Made by a program: the position numbers and the translations under genes
NCBI GenBank assembly: GCA_002269645.1
Contig: NIVC01002376.1
Span: 62,001-126,000, forward strand
Source of the DNA: Macrostomum lignano
Taxonomy: Eukaryota
Reading direction: 5' to 3'
DNA: 64,000 nucleotides
In this document: positions 27,558 through 39,521 of the stretch, piece by piece
Layout: every line of letters starts with the position of its first letter
How positions within the stretch are numbered: position 1 is the stretch's first letter
The notes under the pieces: generated by a model
What the model was told of the DNA's origin: nothing
Seen by the model: the letters and a program-made list of their open reading frames with translations, nothing else
The model's database searches: none

Positions 27558-29852
27558 TCATTCTGCATCATGGCCACAGCGAAGCGGTTTCCTAGCAACA
27601 AAGTAAGCGCACCTGTACTCATACCGAAGCATGCTGGCCTCGTTCTGTGTGTAGCCGCATCGAATATCTGTATTCTCCGTTAGCAACTCGAACCCGGAAC
27701 CCAGCACCAGCTGGCGCAGTGTGGCATAGTCCAGCTCGATGCTGGCCTCCCCGGGCACATCGGCAAAATGATACAGCAGGGGGCCCAGGTTGATCCAGTA
27801 GCCGCCCGGCTTTAAAATTCTGCCAATGGTCTCCACATAGGCCGCAATGTTGTGCGCAGTATCGATGAAGAACACCGTTGCTACGCAGTCCCACGCCTCC
27901 GGCTCCGTGTAGATTTCTAAGAAATCGCCAGCGGCCATGGAGAAACTGCCGGATTTCGGCAGATCCGCCGGCGACACGTCGGGGAAGGTGATTGGCCGGA
28001 GCTGGTCTGCCCAGGACCAGTTGTTGCAGAACTGGTGCACCCAGGGGTACAGGGTAAAGCAGTTGGGCTCCGAGCACCTACGAGTGTTTGAATAAATTAA
28101 ATGCCTAAGCAACAGCTGTCAAATCACCCTAGCAACATAATTCTACCTGAAAAACCTTAGCAACACAATTCTATCTGAAAAACCTCCCTTAGCAACACAA
28201 TTCTACCTAAAAAACCGCCTTAGCAACACAATTCTAATTGAAAAACCGCCTTAGCAACACAATTCTACCTGAAAAACCTCCCTTAGCAACACAATTCTAT
28301 CTGAAAAACCTCCCTTAGCAACACAATTCTACCTGAAAAACCGCCTTAGCAACACAATTCTACCTGAAAAACCTCCCTTAGCAACACAATTCTACCTGTA
28401 AAACCGCCTTAGCAACTCAATTCTACCTGTAAAACCTCCTTAGCAACACAATTCTACCTGTAAAAGCACTGTAAAAACACAAAACTAAAAGCGATTTTTC
28501 TACTTTTCTCACCTGTTAATAACAAAGTAGCTGCAGAACAGCATATACAAGCTCCACTCGTTGCCCTGGCAACTGAATCCTAATCTGGCCACTTCCCAGG
28601 CCAATCGACCTAGTCCGGCGCCCGGCACCAGGACTCGAACCTCGGACCTATCCGGGCAATTTTCAGCTGAAAATAATCGATCGATCTCTCTGAGCATGGG
28701 TTCGTAGCATAGAGCTCTCTCATTGGCGCCGTCTAATGACCAGTCGCGGGCAAACTGCTTGATGGTGCTGCGGACTTTGTCCATGTCGTTTGAGGTCACC
28801 TGCAGCTGCTGGTGCTGCACCGAGGAACTGCCCTCGCTGCCAGCGCATGGGGACAGCGGCGAGTCTGCGGCGAGATTTGCGAGTTTGAGTGAGATGGTGA
28901 GACTGGGGTGAGACTGAGCAGTGAGATGGTGAGACTGGAGTGAGACTGAGTCACTGACTGAGCAGTGAGATAGTGAGGCTGGGGTGAGACTGAGTCACTG
29001 ACTGAGCAGTGAGATGGTAAGGCTGGGGTGAGACTGAGTCACTGATTGAGCAGTGAGATGGTGAGACTGAGTCACTGATTGAGCAGTGAGATGGTGAGAC
29101 TAGGGTGAGACTGAGTCACTGATTGAGCAGTGAGATGGTGAGGCTGGGGTGAGACTGAGTCACTGACTGAGCAGTGAGATGGTGAGACTGGGGTGAGACT
29201 GAGTCAGATTGAGCAGTGAGATAGTGAGGCTGGGGTGAGACTGAGTCAGATTGAGCAGTGAGATAGTGAGGCTGGGGTGAGACTGAGTCAGATTGAGCAG
29301 TGAGATAGTGAGGCTGGGGTGAGACTGAGTCACTGATTGAGCAGTGAGATGGTGAGGCTGGGGTGAGACTGAGTCACTGACTGAGCAGTGAGATGGAGAC
29401 TGGGGTGAGACTGAGTCACTGACTGAGCAGTGAGATGGTGAGACTGGGGTGAGACTGAGTCAGATTGAGCAGTGAGATTGAGACTGGACTGGAGCGAATT
29501 ACAATTTTGAAGGATAACACAATGAATTAAATCACAAATCAAGACCTGAACTACTTACAGTAGTATAAAATCGTGCAAAAACCGCGAAAACTGACTCACC
29601 CCCATCGAAGATAGAATTGGCATCGGCAATGAACAGGTTAATCATTTCGGCATTATGCTCAATAGACGCTCTAACCCGGGCCAAGTGCTCGGGCACACCA
29701 GAATTGCCGCCCATAAGCCGTTTGTGCCTCTCTGGCAGGCCATTGTATTGGGCCAGCTTGTCAGCCACCTGCTGCAGTCCATACCGCCTGTAGTGCCGAA
29801 ATGCGGCCAATATTTTGCGGAAATGCTGCCTCTCCTGGTCATCATCTGACAT
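27558..29852 (-). CDS. CARNMT1: Carnosine N-methyltransferase (N2227 family), 3 exons
   Basis: Exons 29852-29600, 28864-28513 and 28077-27558, phase-consistent. Motifs [70 protein letters not shown] and [11 protein letters not shown]. Confidence 0.96.
28128..28465. repeat. Intronic ~32-bp minisatellite (ccttagcaacacaattctacctgaaaaacctc)n
   Basis: Direct inspection, CARNMT1 intron 2. Confidence 0.95.
28885..29490. repeat. Intronic ~44-bp minisatellite (gagcagtgagatggtgagactggggtgagactgagtcactgact)n
   Basis: Direct inspection, CARNMT1 intron 1. Confidence 0.95.
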
Positions 29853-29942
29853 TGCTGACTGCAAATTAATTGATTATTTACTGATTTACACTGGCCGTGC
29901 AACATTTTAACCAAAAATGAGACTTATGTATGAAAGAAACCT

Positions 29943-30027
29943 AAGAAAAATCAACGTAATTCAGGGTAGACGGCAGGAGTAACTTTAACTGTATTATGAG
30001 GGTTAAATGCCTCGTCATCTAATTAGT
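29943..30027 (+). repeat. 28S rRNA (H69-H71)-derived segment, copy 1
   Basis: gggtagacggcaggagtaactttaactgtattatgagggttaaatgcctcgtcatctaattagt versus the known 28S GGGTAAACGGCGGGAGTAACTATGACTCTCTTAAGGTAGCCAAATGCCTCGTCATCTAATTAGT. Confidence 0.85.
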
Positions 30028-30805
30028 ACAACATCTATGGCCATATTGGCTGGCTTGGCTGGGTGTTGCGCATGTATGTTGTAGCCAGTCAATCCCAATA
30101 TATATTGAGAGCCCAAAAATACAATTTCAAGCACACTGGCTCGATTAAAGAGAATCTACAGAGCTTTTGTCAGAAAATTGTTCCTGTAATGCTGCAAGAC
30201 TGAATTCATGCCACCATCATACAGCAATTGCTGATGAAGAAAGTGACTACTTGGTGTGTGCTAGACAAGTTGGTGATTGTGATAGCAACTATTGACAAAT
30301 GTAGTTTTAAATTGCTTCTCCACCCTCTCTATACTCCCCATATCTTGCACTGTTAAATGGAAAATCACTTGAGAACATTTCCAATTGGATAATGACATCA
30401 TGATGGACGCTGTAGAAGAGTTTTGTGATCTCCAACAGAGATATACTTAGACATCATCAGGTCACCTGAGCATGACACTGGATACATATATATCCCCTAG
30501 TTGCACTGGTGTAGCAGTCTATGGTTAAATTTTTTATTTCATTTATTTATACTAGCACAAATAAATGATTTATTTGCACTGGAACTGAATGCAAATAAAT
30601 GGCAACTGATGGATACATCAAATATTCCCCATTTATACAAGTGTCTATGGCAAAAAAATGCTTTTGTGCCATACTTATTGACTTTGGCTTTGCCTCGGTC
30701 AATAAACTGGTCATTCAAGCATTTATTGCCTTAGCATTGGTATAAAAATGGGAATATATACTATGTATCCCCCACTTGCCCCGGGCAAATGTCTATGGTC
30801 TCAGT

Positions 30806-31871
30806 TAGGTCCCAAATCCTAGAGATTTTACAATCCTAGGAATCCGGACAAAAAATTGACCCAATCCCAGGATCCCAGGCCAATCCTGGAATTGAACAAA
30901 CAAATTTATAGGAAGCTTTCCCATTGTCCACAAAACAATTTCTCAACTAATTTGAGCATCATTTGGGTTTCTACTTTCTATTTCTAGCTTATACAAGTAG
31001 AACTGCATTGAAAAAATAGTTGAAGTTATATATAGTTGTTAGTTGTACTGTACATACATACTAAACTAGTAAACTACACCCTTCTCTCAGATTAGGACCG
31101 AATACACTGCGCTAGTGCCTCTTTCTGCCCCCAACACAGACCACCTCACACATATATAGACTCAGACTCAGAATCCAGTCTGCACCCCACCCCCATTTTT
31201 CCCTTTCCCTTCCTTAGCTGCACCTGCACACTGCAGCAGAATGGGACCCAAGCCAGTGGGCCCAGTGTCCAGGCCATTGCCACTTAGACTGTTAGAGTCT
31301 AGACTAAAATTAGACCCCTTAGTCTAGTGACTAGTAGGCCTAGTGCTTGATACAATTGATTGATAGTCCTACTGTCCTTCATTCTATAACTTCATTCTCA
31401 GGATGCAAAAATTCTCTCAAAACTATTAAGTGCTAACTGCAAGACAAAAAATATTTACTTTTGCAAAGTGTAAATTCCAATCCCGTGTTTACTGAGATCC
31501 TAGACCCCTAATCACGGGATCCCACACACTAACAAAAAGCCAAGATCCTAGAGATTGGGACCCCTATTGCAGCGCATGGCTTAAGTATGCAGACGTCTAT
31601 ACAACCTGCGCCACGCTGTGAAATGACTTACCTGTGAAAGAAACCCTAAAGCAAAATTAACGCAGTTTTGGGTAAACGGCAGGAGTAACTATAACTGTCT
31701 TATCAAGCCTAAATGCCTCAGCATCTAATTAGTACTACGCCCGTATTCTATGGGGTGGCATTTTTGTGACTTACCCCTGGTCCACCACCAATGCTGCGCC
31801 GCGCAGGCTGATCCGCGCCGGACGTCGTCCGCCAAAATTCCCATGCGCTGCAATCAGGATTGGGACCCCTA
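30806..31871. mobile_element. Non-autonomous hAT element (MITE) with 8-bp TSD
   Basis: Ends taggtcccaaatcc and ggattgggaccccta; TSD gtctcagt at 30798-30805 and 31872-31879. An extra internal right-end copy (gattgggacccct) lies near 31553. Confidence 0.85.
31610..31733 (+). repeat. 28S rRNA-derived segment, copy 2 (inside the hAT MITE)
   Basis: gggtaaacggcaggagtaactataactgtcttatcaagcctaaatgcctcagcatctaattagt; upstream gctgtgaaatg...gtgaaagaaa resembles 28S GCTCTGAATG...GTGAAGAAA. Confidence 0.85.
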
Positions 31872-32118
31872 GTCTCAGTGTAAATTTCATTTATTTGCAT
31901 TGGTATAAATAAATGGTTTATTTCACTGTGCAACTGCTCTTTTGATGCAAATAAATAAAATTTACACTGAGACCATAAACATTTGCCTGGGACAAGTGGT
32001 AGATACATCACATATTCCCCATTAATACCAAGTGTCTAGGGCAATAAATAGGGAATATTTACCATGTACACAACCTACCCAGATTTGCACTGGCTGTGCG
32101 CCTTACTTTTTAGATAAT

Positions 32119-32174
32119 GGCAAGAGTAAATTTCATTGTATTATTAAGCTAAATGCCTTATCATCTAATTTGTA
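32119..32174 (+). repeat. 28S rRNA-derived segment, copy 3 (most decayed)
   Basis: ggcaagagtaaatttcattgtattattaagctaaatgccttatcatctaatt aligns to copies 1 and 2. Confidence 0.65.
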
Positions 32175-33899
32175 TTGAATAATGTTAGTGTTGTAACTAG
32201 ATGAAATGTATAAACTTAAAAGGCAACTATGTTAAGAAATAAAACATTACAAGTTAACATTTACCTGCTAATCCATTTTCTGTGTTAGGCTATAAACTTT
32301 TCAACCAACCCTTATATAAGGGTATAAAGTGGCCTTGTCTTTCTAATTGTTAAGCATATTACTCTCTGTGCTTTGGGAGTTGGCCATTATGATTATGAAT
32401 TGCATTATAACCTCCTTAAGTGATTATTTTTATGCATAAGAGTCAGATTCACTACTAAGTTGCTCCAATCACCTATAGATAGATAATCTTATTATAACTT
32501 ATTTGATTTGAACATAAAATATCACAAATAATAATTACATTATAGCTAAGTTACAAATCTTCTAATGCAAAAATTGAAGTCCAAGTATTAATTGGCTCAT
32601 TACAAAAAACATTAAATCCAATACTAATATATTAAAACTTTAAATAATTTTAAATAAACCAAAAATGACAAAATCAATTACCTCAACCAAAACTTTATAA
32701 TTTTTATATATTTTTAAATATTCTCAATATCCAAATCAATACAGAAAAATTAGTTAGAAATTGACAAACAGATAGATAGATATATATAACTTTCAAATTT
32801 TGTCTACAGTGCTATAGTTGACAGGGTTCTAGTAACAAAAACGTTTCATATATCTGTTACCCATTGCTATATCTATTTTTCCTATATATTCATGTTTATT
32901 TATAGCTAATTAACTTTCTAACTTCCAATAACTTTCAACAATGTTAAATCCAATGGTAATAAATAGATATTTTATCATATCAATAGCTAACAAAAATAGC
33001 TAGGACTGCATTCATTTTAACTTTGGCTTATACTATCTTAACTATACAACTTGCATACAATGCTTCTATAAAGTATATTGCTAGAATCTATAATATAATG
33101 TGGCAGCTGGGTGCCACTAGTGAAACTTGATTAACAATTTACTCTAGTAACTTTTAAATCGCATGCACAAGAAACATTAATTTTGTGTCCACTCAGTGAA
33201 TTTTGGCATTCTATTTCCGTTAAGTGGACATCCAGCTACTTAAGGTGGGGGTGGAGAAGCTTTAATTTGAAATTCTGCCGAATCGGTCGGTTTGAAAATT
33301 TACTGGGCCTTTTCATATTGTGGCAGTCGAGTGCCACTGATGAAAACTTAATGAAACTGTGGCAGTGGGGTTGCCACCATTTAATATTTTTCATTTTAAA
33401 TGCGCGCCCGTGTTTTTCTTCGTGAATACCAACCCGTGCGGCCAACCATTGCTAAATGACATCACCCCCTCCTCTTGTTGGCCCCGTGTGTGGACCCACC
33501 GTTGCTATTCAGTTTCCCATCGTTGGCTAACAGCCTTTTCATTAGTTGGAATTAAGCGGTTCATTATATATTTTCTGTGTAATTTCTCCTTTAACCATTG
33601 TATGGCCCCCTTGTTGGCTAATCTTTCCCCCATGCTTTGGACGTTGCCCTACTTTTGCTTATATAAACTACTCATGCTCAGTTGCCAATTTTTCTAACTT
33701 TCTTCTTGCGCGACCGCTCCCTCACTATCTTGTCTGTTTATCTCTACAGTTCATTAATTTATTAGTTTATTAGCGCACCGGCGCCCGTGTATTCATCATC
33801 GTCATTATATTACTCATTAATCAATAAATAACCTGCTTTAAAATTAATAACCATAATTACTTTAATAAATAACAACAAATTAACGCTTAATATTTATTC

Positions 33900-34302
33900 C
33901 GTTGACTTAAGCCATAGCCTATCTTGAATCCTTTGCCCGTGGGGCGTAAAATAACCGAAATCTCATCTCAAAGAAAGCTCTGAGATCACTAAACGTTCCG
34001 TAATACGTAAATTACGGTGGTGGCAGCAACTACCCTACTGACAGTATTCAGCTCTGCAAATCGACACATTACTTTACGGTGTCAATCTCCGGTGTCTACC
34101 ATCTGAACGACCGTGCCGCTCTAACGACCGCTCTGCTACGATTACGACTACCCTCCCCCGGAATTTGAGGACCCCGGCTGTCGGAGTAAAAGGAGAAGAA
34201 ATTCGTGGTGATTCGTCTGCGCGATTTTCCGGCTTTATTCGTGTTTCAACAACGCCGGCGGCAATTCATACGAGGAATCCGCCCCACCTCACTGGTGTCA
34301 GC
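33900..34302 (+). repeat. Conserved ~400-bp block, copy A (probable LTR/retroelement terminal region)
   Basis: tttgcccgtggggcgtaaaataacc...tctcatctcaaagaaagctctgaga...ccgtaatacgtaaattacggtggtggcagcaactaccc... is shared with 37570-37920 (+) and 38240-38670 (-). Confidence 0.85.
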
Positions 34303-37300
34303 AACTAATTTAAAATAACCCACCAATTTCCAAGAAAACTTCTCCACCCCCACCTCAAAACCATTACGCTAAGTTGCATGCACAAGAAACATTAATTTTG
34401 ACTTTTCGTATCCATCCAGTGAATTTTGGCGCATCATTTTCCGTCAAGTGGCCGTCCAGCCACTGTTTTTAGTTTTCCACTTGTTGCTAAAACGCGCTCC
34501 CTTGCGATGGATTTTTGTTAAAGTTTTCTTCTTTTTCGTTTGCGGAAAGCCGTCCACCCAAAGTTTCCACGCATTGAAACTTTGCTCCATCGGCCTGTCC
34601 AGTTTATCTTCCAAACGATGTGCATGTAATTCGCTCTTTATTTATAATCTGCGCACGATGAGTTGTTTTCTAACCCTTTTGGCCTTCAACCCCCCCTGTT
34701 TCCTTGATCTACCTTTTGGTTCACTAAGTCTAATTTTCGTTATTTTCTAAGTTTATTTAGCGCACCGGCGCCCGTGAACATCTCCGTCGTCTGAAATATT
34801 AAAGTTACTAATCATAAGCCTGAATTATTATTAATAAACCAAGCCTAAAAACCTTTATTCCGAATCATATTTAATCTGTTTGATGAGGACGCACTTTTTC
34901 CCAAATCCCGCGCTAGCACATGGGCTCTAAACTTACTTGCCTACTAACAGTGGGCAATGGGCATTTTTATCCTTTTTCTGCGAATTTTCATAGAATCTAT
35001 ACTAGATATAATGCCTGGTCATACTAGTAGTCATAATAACATAGGCGCAGCTTTTTGGGTCATAAATCATCGCTTTCAAAGTTGGTCTGACAGCCACCTG
35101 CGCCTCACTCAGTGTTGAAGCGGGCGCCAGATGGTCTGAGAGGATGCGGGCGGTAGCTTTTTTCTCATCATTTTGACAGGCCATCAAGATTTATGAGGTC
35201 AGAGCCTATTGTTCGTGTTCACTCAAGCGTGTGACAGCTTTGACAGCTATGCGTTTTACCCCTAAAAGTACTTTGGGATTAGCGATTAGCGATTTCTCTT
35301 CATTATCTTCACTTTCTATTTAATAAGAGCTTTCTAATGTATATTTTTTCATTAATTTCTGTCAATCCTACGCGAAAGGTCATAAATCATTTTGTTGCGA
35401 TTTTGAGTGATTTATGGCCGCACCTGTCATCTTTTTACGACCCTGTGGGAACTGATAGGATCTCTCGGTCACGTGATTCTGGGTAGCAACAAGCTTAGCC
35501 AATCAGAAAATTCGGCGCTCATTTTAACAAAACGGCTCAGCCAATCAGAATCGACGTGTTCCATTATAACAAACTGCGGTCCAGTTGGCGGCTATTTAAA
35601 CCGGAGTTTTTGGCCCGCTCGGACTCAACTTTGGCTCGGGCCCAGCGCGCAACTTCTGGTTCAAGGAGCACGACCGTCGTTTCTTGATCCCCGGATTGCG
35701 ACTTCCCCCATCATCATCAAGGACGAGTCCCCCGGTCGACAGCAGCGAACATCAAGCAAAGATCATCACCTGCCAGCTATCAGCGAAGATAGTGACAGCA
35801 TCATCCCGAGTCTACAGCTGCAGAGCATCGAGCCGATTCGGTCACTGTGGATTACCTGGTCTCCAGCTGTTGAGTTTCTGATTGGTTGGGTGAGAGGCTA
35901 CCTAGACTTGCTTGATTGGGTGATCCCTTATCTGTCCCCTGTTGCAGTAGCTGAATTAGGCGCACACTTTTGCTCATTTTGTTCAGTAGTGCTGTTGCTG
36001 AGGCAGAAATCATTCAATAATACTGCTAGTAGTCTAAGACTTCAATTCAATCTGAAGTGTGAAGTGAACTAAGGAGAAGGTTAAATCTAACAGTTATTTT
36101 TATCGGTTTTATTTCTTTGTTCGCCGATGGCTCAGATGAGTAGCTAAGCTAGTAGGCGCCGGTCACAGTGGACCAATGGCAAGGCAGTTCTCAGTCGACC
36201 AATCTATCAAATTAGTGAGCAAAACTGCCAGAAGTGCAGAATCGGCGCCAGAGATGTACTTTGTGCACTCTAGGGTAGCCAAGCGGCTCGGGTAAATGAA
36301 TCATGCGGTCTCTGAAGTTCGAGTTAGCCTATCATCAGCGCTATGAGAGGCTAGTTGGCGCGTTGAAGGCCAAAAGTACATATCTTCGTATTTAGCAATG
36401 TGTTGTGTCTCGGCCTAATGGCCGCTGGACGGGTCAAGGTTCGGGCCCTCCCCGCCTGAGACACCCCTGTCCCAGCCCTCACCCCGGCTATTCCTACCCT
36501 GTCTCGCTCGGTTCGGCGAGAGTTCGCCTGACCGAACACCCTGGGATCGGCGAGAGTTCACCGTTCCCAGGTCCCTGCAGATCCCGGCCCCACGCGGCAA
36601 CCCAGAAGAACGAAAGCTCGAGCTCACCTCCTCTTGATATATCGAGTTAATCACGAAGCGTTTATTGGCCCGAAGCAGTTATTGGCACGCGAAGGCAGAG
36701 GTACGCCGTTGAACGCAAAAACAGTAAGAACGAAGCGGACACCAATAGAGAGCAAACGTGGAGCGCAGCCCGCTCAGGGCTAGCATTTAAATAATACACA
36801 AAAAAGGGGAGGGGTGGGGCAGAATGGAGACGGCGAGCCAAACCCTGGGGCCCAGCCGGCTTATCAGCCAGCCAGCCAATACGAGCAGCCCCCAGGGTGA
36901 GGCGGGCAACGAGGGGGGGGGGCACCCAGATTGGACAGAGATTGGGCCGGGGGCTGGGTGCAAAGGGCTAGGCCAGGGTTGAGACTTACGCCTCTCACAA
37001 ACCCTGGCCCGGGCGCGAGACGGGGGACGGGGCGGGGTGGCATGAAAACTGAAAACAAAAGTACGAGTACATACACACTGGAAGGGCGCAGCCCAACAAA
37101 TGTAATAGTACATGTAGCTACCCCAGACTCGCCACCGCAAGAATCCCCTGCACAAGTCCCCTCTGTACCTGCATGGCCAATGCGATCTAGTCCCAGCAGT
37201 GTCCCTTATCATCGGCTATGACTTCGAGATTGACAGCAAAAAGACACTAGTTGGCAGGTAAGTGCAAAGCCCCTTCTAGTCGGAAGCCCGATTTCGAGAG

Positions 37301-37569
37301 TCCCGGTGTGGTGAGCCAGGGCGCACGGGCTGGTGGCAGCAAGTTAGTTGATCTGCGGATTAGCTAATTTCTACTTTCAAAATTCTCCCTGCTCGTCTCT
37401 CGCTGTCCCTCTCTTAGCTATAGGACCTAGACTGCTCGCCACACGATCAAGCTACCATGGGGCTGACCATCTGACAGGAGTGGGGGGCCAGGTCTCTAAT
37501 TGATTTATTTCTGAGCCTGAGGCCCGAAGGCTTCCCTAACAAGGAGCCCGAAGGTCGAAACCCATAATG

Positions 37570-37990
37570 TTGACATAAGCCATAGCATTTAGAGTCATTT
37601 GCCCGTGGGGCGTAAAATAACCAAGTTCTCATCTCAAAGAAAGCTCTGAGACTTATCCGTTCCGTAATACGTAAATTACGGTGGTGGCAGCAACTACCCT
37701 ACTGAAAGTAACCAGTTCAACACATCGGCGCATTAATTTACGGAGCCAGAAATCTCCGGTGTTTCATCGCTTTGAACGACCCGAGCCGCTAAACGACCGC
37801 TCTGCTACGATTACGACTACCCTCCCCCGGACTTGAGAACCCGGCAGTCGGTGAAAAAGGAGAAGAGATTCCGTTGTGATTCATCCGCGCGATTTTCCGG
37901 TTTTATTCGTGCGAACGCAATGCCACCGGTTTCGAAGAATTTCGGCCGACCTTCAACCCAAGAGTTTAAATCTTCTCCACCCCCACCTCA
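37570..37990 (+). repeat. Conserved block, copy B
   Basis: Direct repeat of copy A, including the downstream cttctccacccccacct (also at 34338). Confidence 0.85.
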
Positions 37991-38194
37991 ATATTACCAA
38001 TTCCAGAACCAGAATCGGTTCGAAATTCCAAGAAAAACAGCAGTATAACTATTTAACTCTGTTAATATTTGACTGCCTTAACAACCTCACTAAGTACAAT
38101 TTTCACTTTCTTCTTGGCGATTGTCATTCAATAATAAAAACTTTATAGCACGTATCTCCCTCTAGTTATGGAGACAAAAAGTTATACTTCACAA

Positions 38195-38670
38195 ATTGGT
38201 TCTGGTTCTGGAACCAGAACAAGCAATATGAAAAGGCCCACTGACACCAATGAGGTGGGGCGGATTCCTCGTTTGAATTTCCGCCGGCGTTGCTGAAATA
38301 CGAATCAAGCCGGAAAACTCGTGCAGACAAAACCTCAATGAAATTCTTCTCCTTTTACTCCGACAGCCGGGTTCTCAAGTCCGGGGGAGGGTAGTTGTAA
38401 TCGTAGCGGAGCGGTCGTAGAGCGGCACGGTCGTTCAGTTGTAGAAACACAGGAGATTCTGTCTCCGTAAATTAATGCGTCGATGAGTTGAACTTGTTAC
38501 TTTTAGTAGGGTAGTTGCTGCCACCACCGTAATTTACGTATTACGGAACTTCTAATGGTCTCAGAGCTTTCTTTGAGATGAGACTTCGGTTATTTTACGC
38601 CCCACGGGCAAAGGATTCAAGATTATGAAAGGATTCATGATTCAGGATTCATGGCTTAATCAACGGATAA
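38195..38670 (-). repeat. Conserved block, copy C (inverted relative to copy B)
   Basis: The reverse complement of copy A/B is readable across 38240-38620. Confidence 0.85.
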
Positions 38671-39155
38671 AGAGTAGTTAATATTTAATTCGTCGGCGTT
38701 ATTTGTGTATTAATTATAATTCGTTAAAACGTTTTGTTAGCAGGCGTTGGAAATTTATTTTGTTGCGAACGAGAAAAGGGGGCCGGCGACGACGGATGCC
38801 GAGACAGCGTAATTAACTACAACTAAACAAGGAGAGAGAGCGCAGGAAGGGAGGAGGGCAAAAACATCGCGGCAGAAACCGAAACTTAAATAAGAAAAGA
38901 TATTAAATTCAATCCCAGGGCGGGGGTTGGGACGGATGACTGGACAACATGGGCGAGCCCGTGGGCAACCTGATGGACAAAAAATCACAATGCATAAGGT
39001 AGCAAAATTGGGAAATATCAACAAAAGACAAAAACATTCCAACGGCGGGGCAAACCGGAGTGACAACAATAGGAGAACACAAAACAACACCGGGAAAAAG
39101 GAGACACAACCGTTGGAAAAGTAACAAGGAAAAGTTCCAGGAATTGGGAGTCAAA

Positions 39156-39521
39156 TTAAATTCCCGCCTCCAGATAGGCTAAAGCCAGCAGCAGGGCCAG
39201 CGCCGGTCTCGGTCGACCAGGCCATTGGCGTAGATGCTCCTCCGCTTGGCCGAGCAGGCTCTCCAATACCTCAAGGGTCGCCTCCGGCGGCATTAGGCTG
39301 CAGTAGGTGCGCCAGGGGACGTCGATTTGGACGCGCCCCTTGCGCGTGGCCTGGTAGTAAGCGGCGTCCAAGGCATGTTTGAGGCGAACTCGAGCCGTAA
39401 GGGTGCCGGCAGCTGTAGCAGTAATTGCCCGAAGGGCGGCGACTTCGTCCGGCCGGAGCCACGGGGCTCGGGCGAGGGCGGCTTGCATCTCCGGAGTTGG
39501 GGCGCCATTGTAGTTGGACAT
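39156..39521 (-). CDS. Orphan 121-aa ORF inside the repeat element, with its own TATA/Inr
   Basis: Intact GC-rich ATG ORF in lower-GC flanks. The minus strand has TATTTAA near 39650 with TCAGT about 26 nt downstream. Confidence 0.5.
   Translation of the reverse strand: MSNYNGAPTPEMQAALARAPWLRPDEVAALRAITATAAGTLTARVRLKHALDAAYYQATRKGRVQIDVPWRTYCSLMPPEATLEVLESLLGQAEEHLRQWPGRPRPALALLLALAYLEAGI

Noticed and set aside
29943-32174. Functional 28S rRNA gene
   Set aside because: Only 60-130 nt fragments with many changes; no surrounding rDNA.
32160-33150. AT-rich organellar or viral coding sequence under an alternative genetic code
   Set aside because: No sustained frame or recognisable motif in the parts I translated.
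33320-33370. Hammerhead-like CTGATGA...GAAA
   Set aside because: Stem II is essentially absent, the cleavage position would be G, and stem I cannot be closed.
35400-36100. Protein-coding gene (221-aa track ORF)
   Set aside because: Non-ATG start and no domain; CCAAT boxes plus TATTTAA suggest an LTR-like promoter, but boundaries could not be supported.
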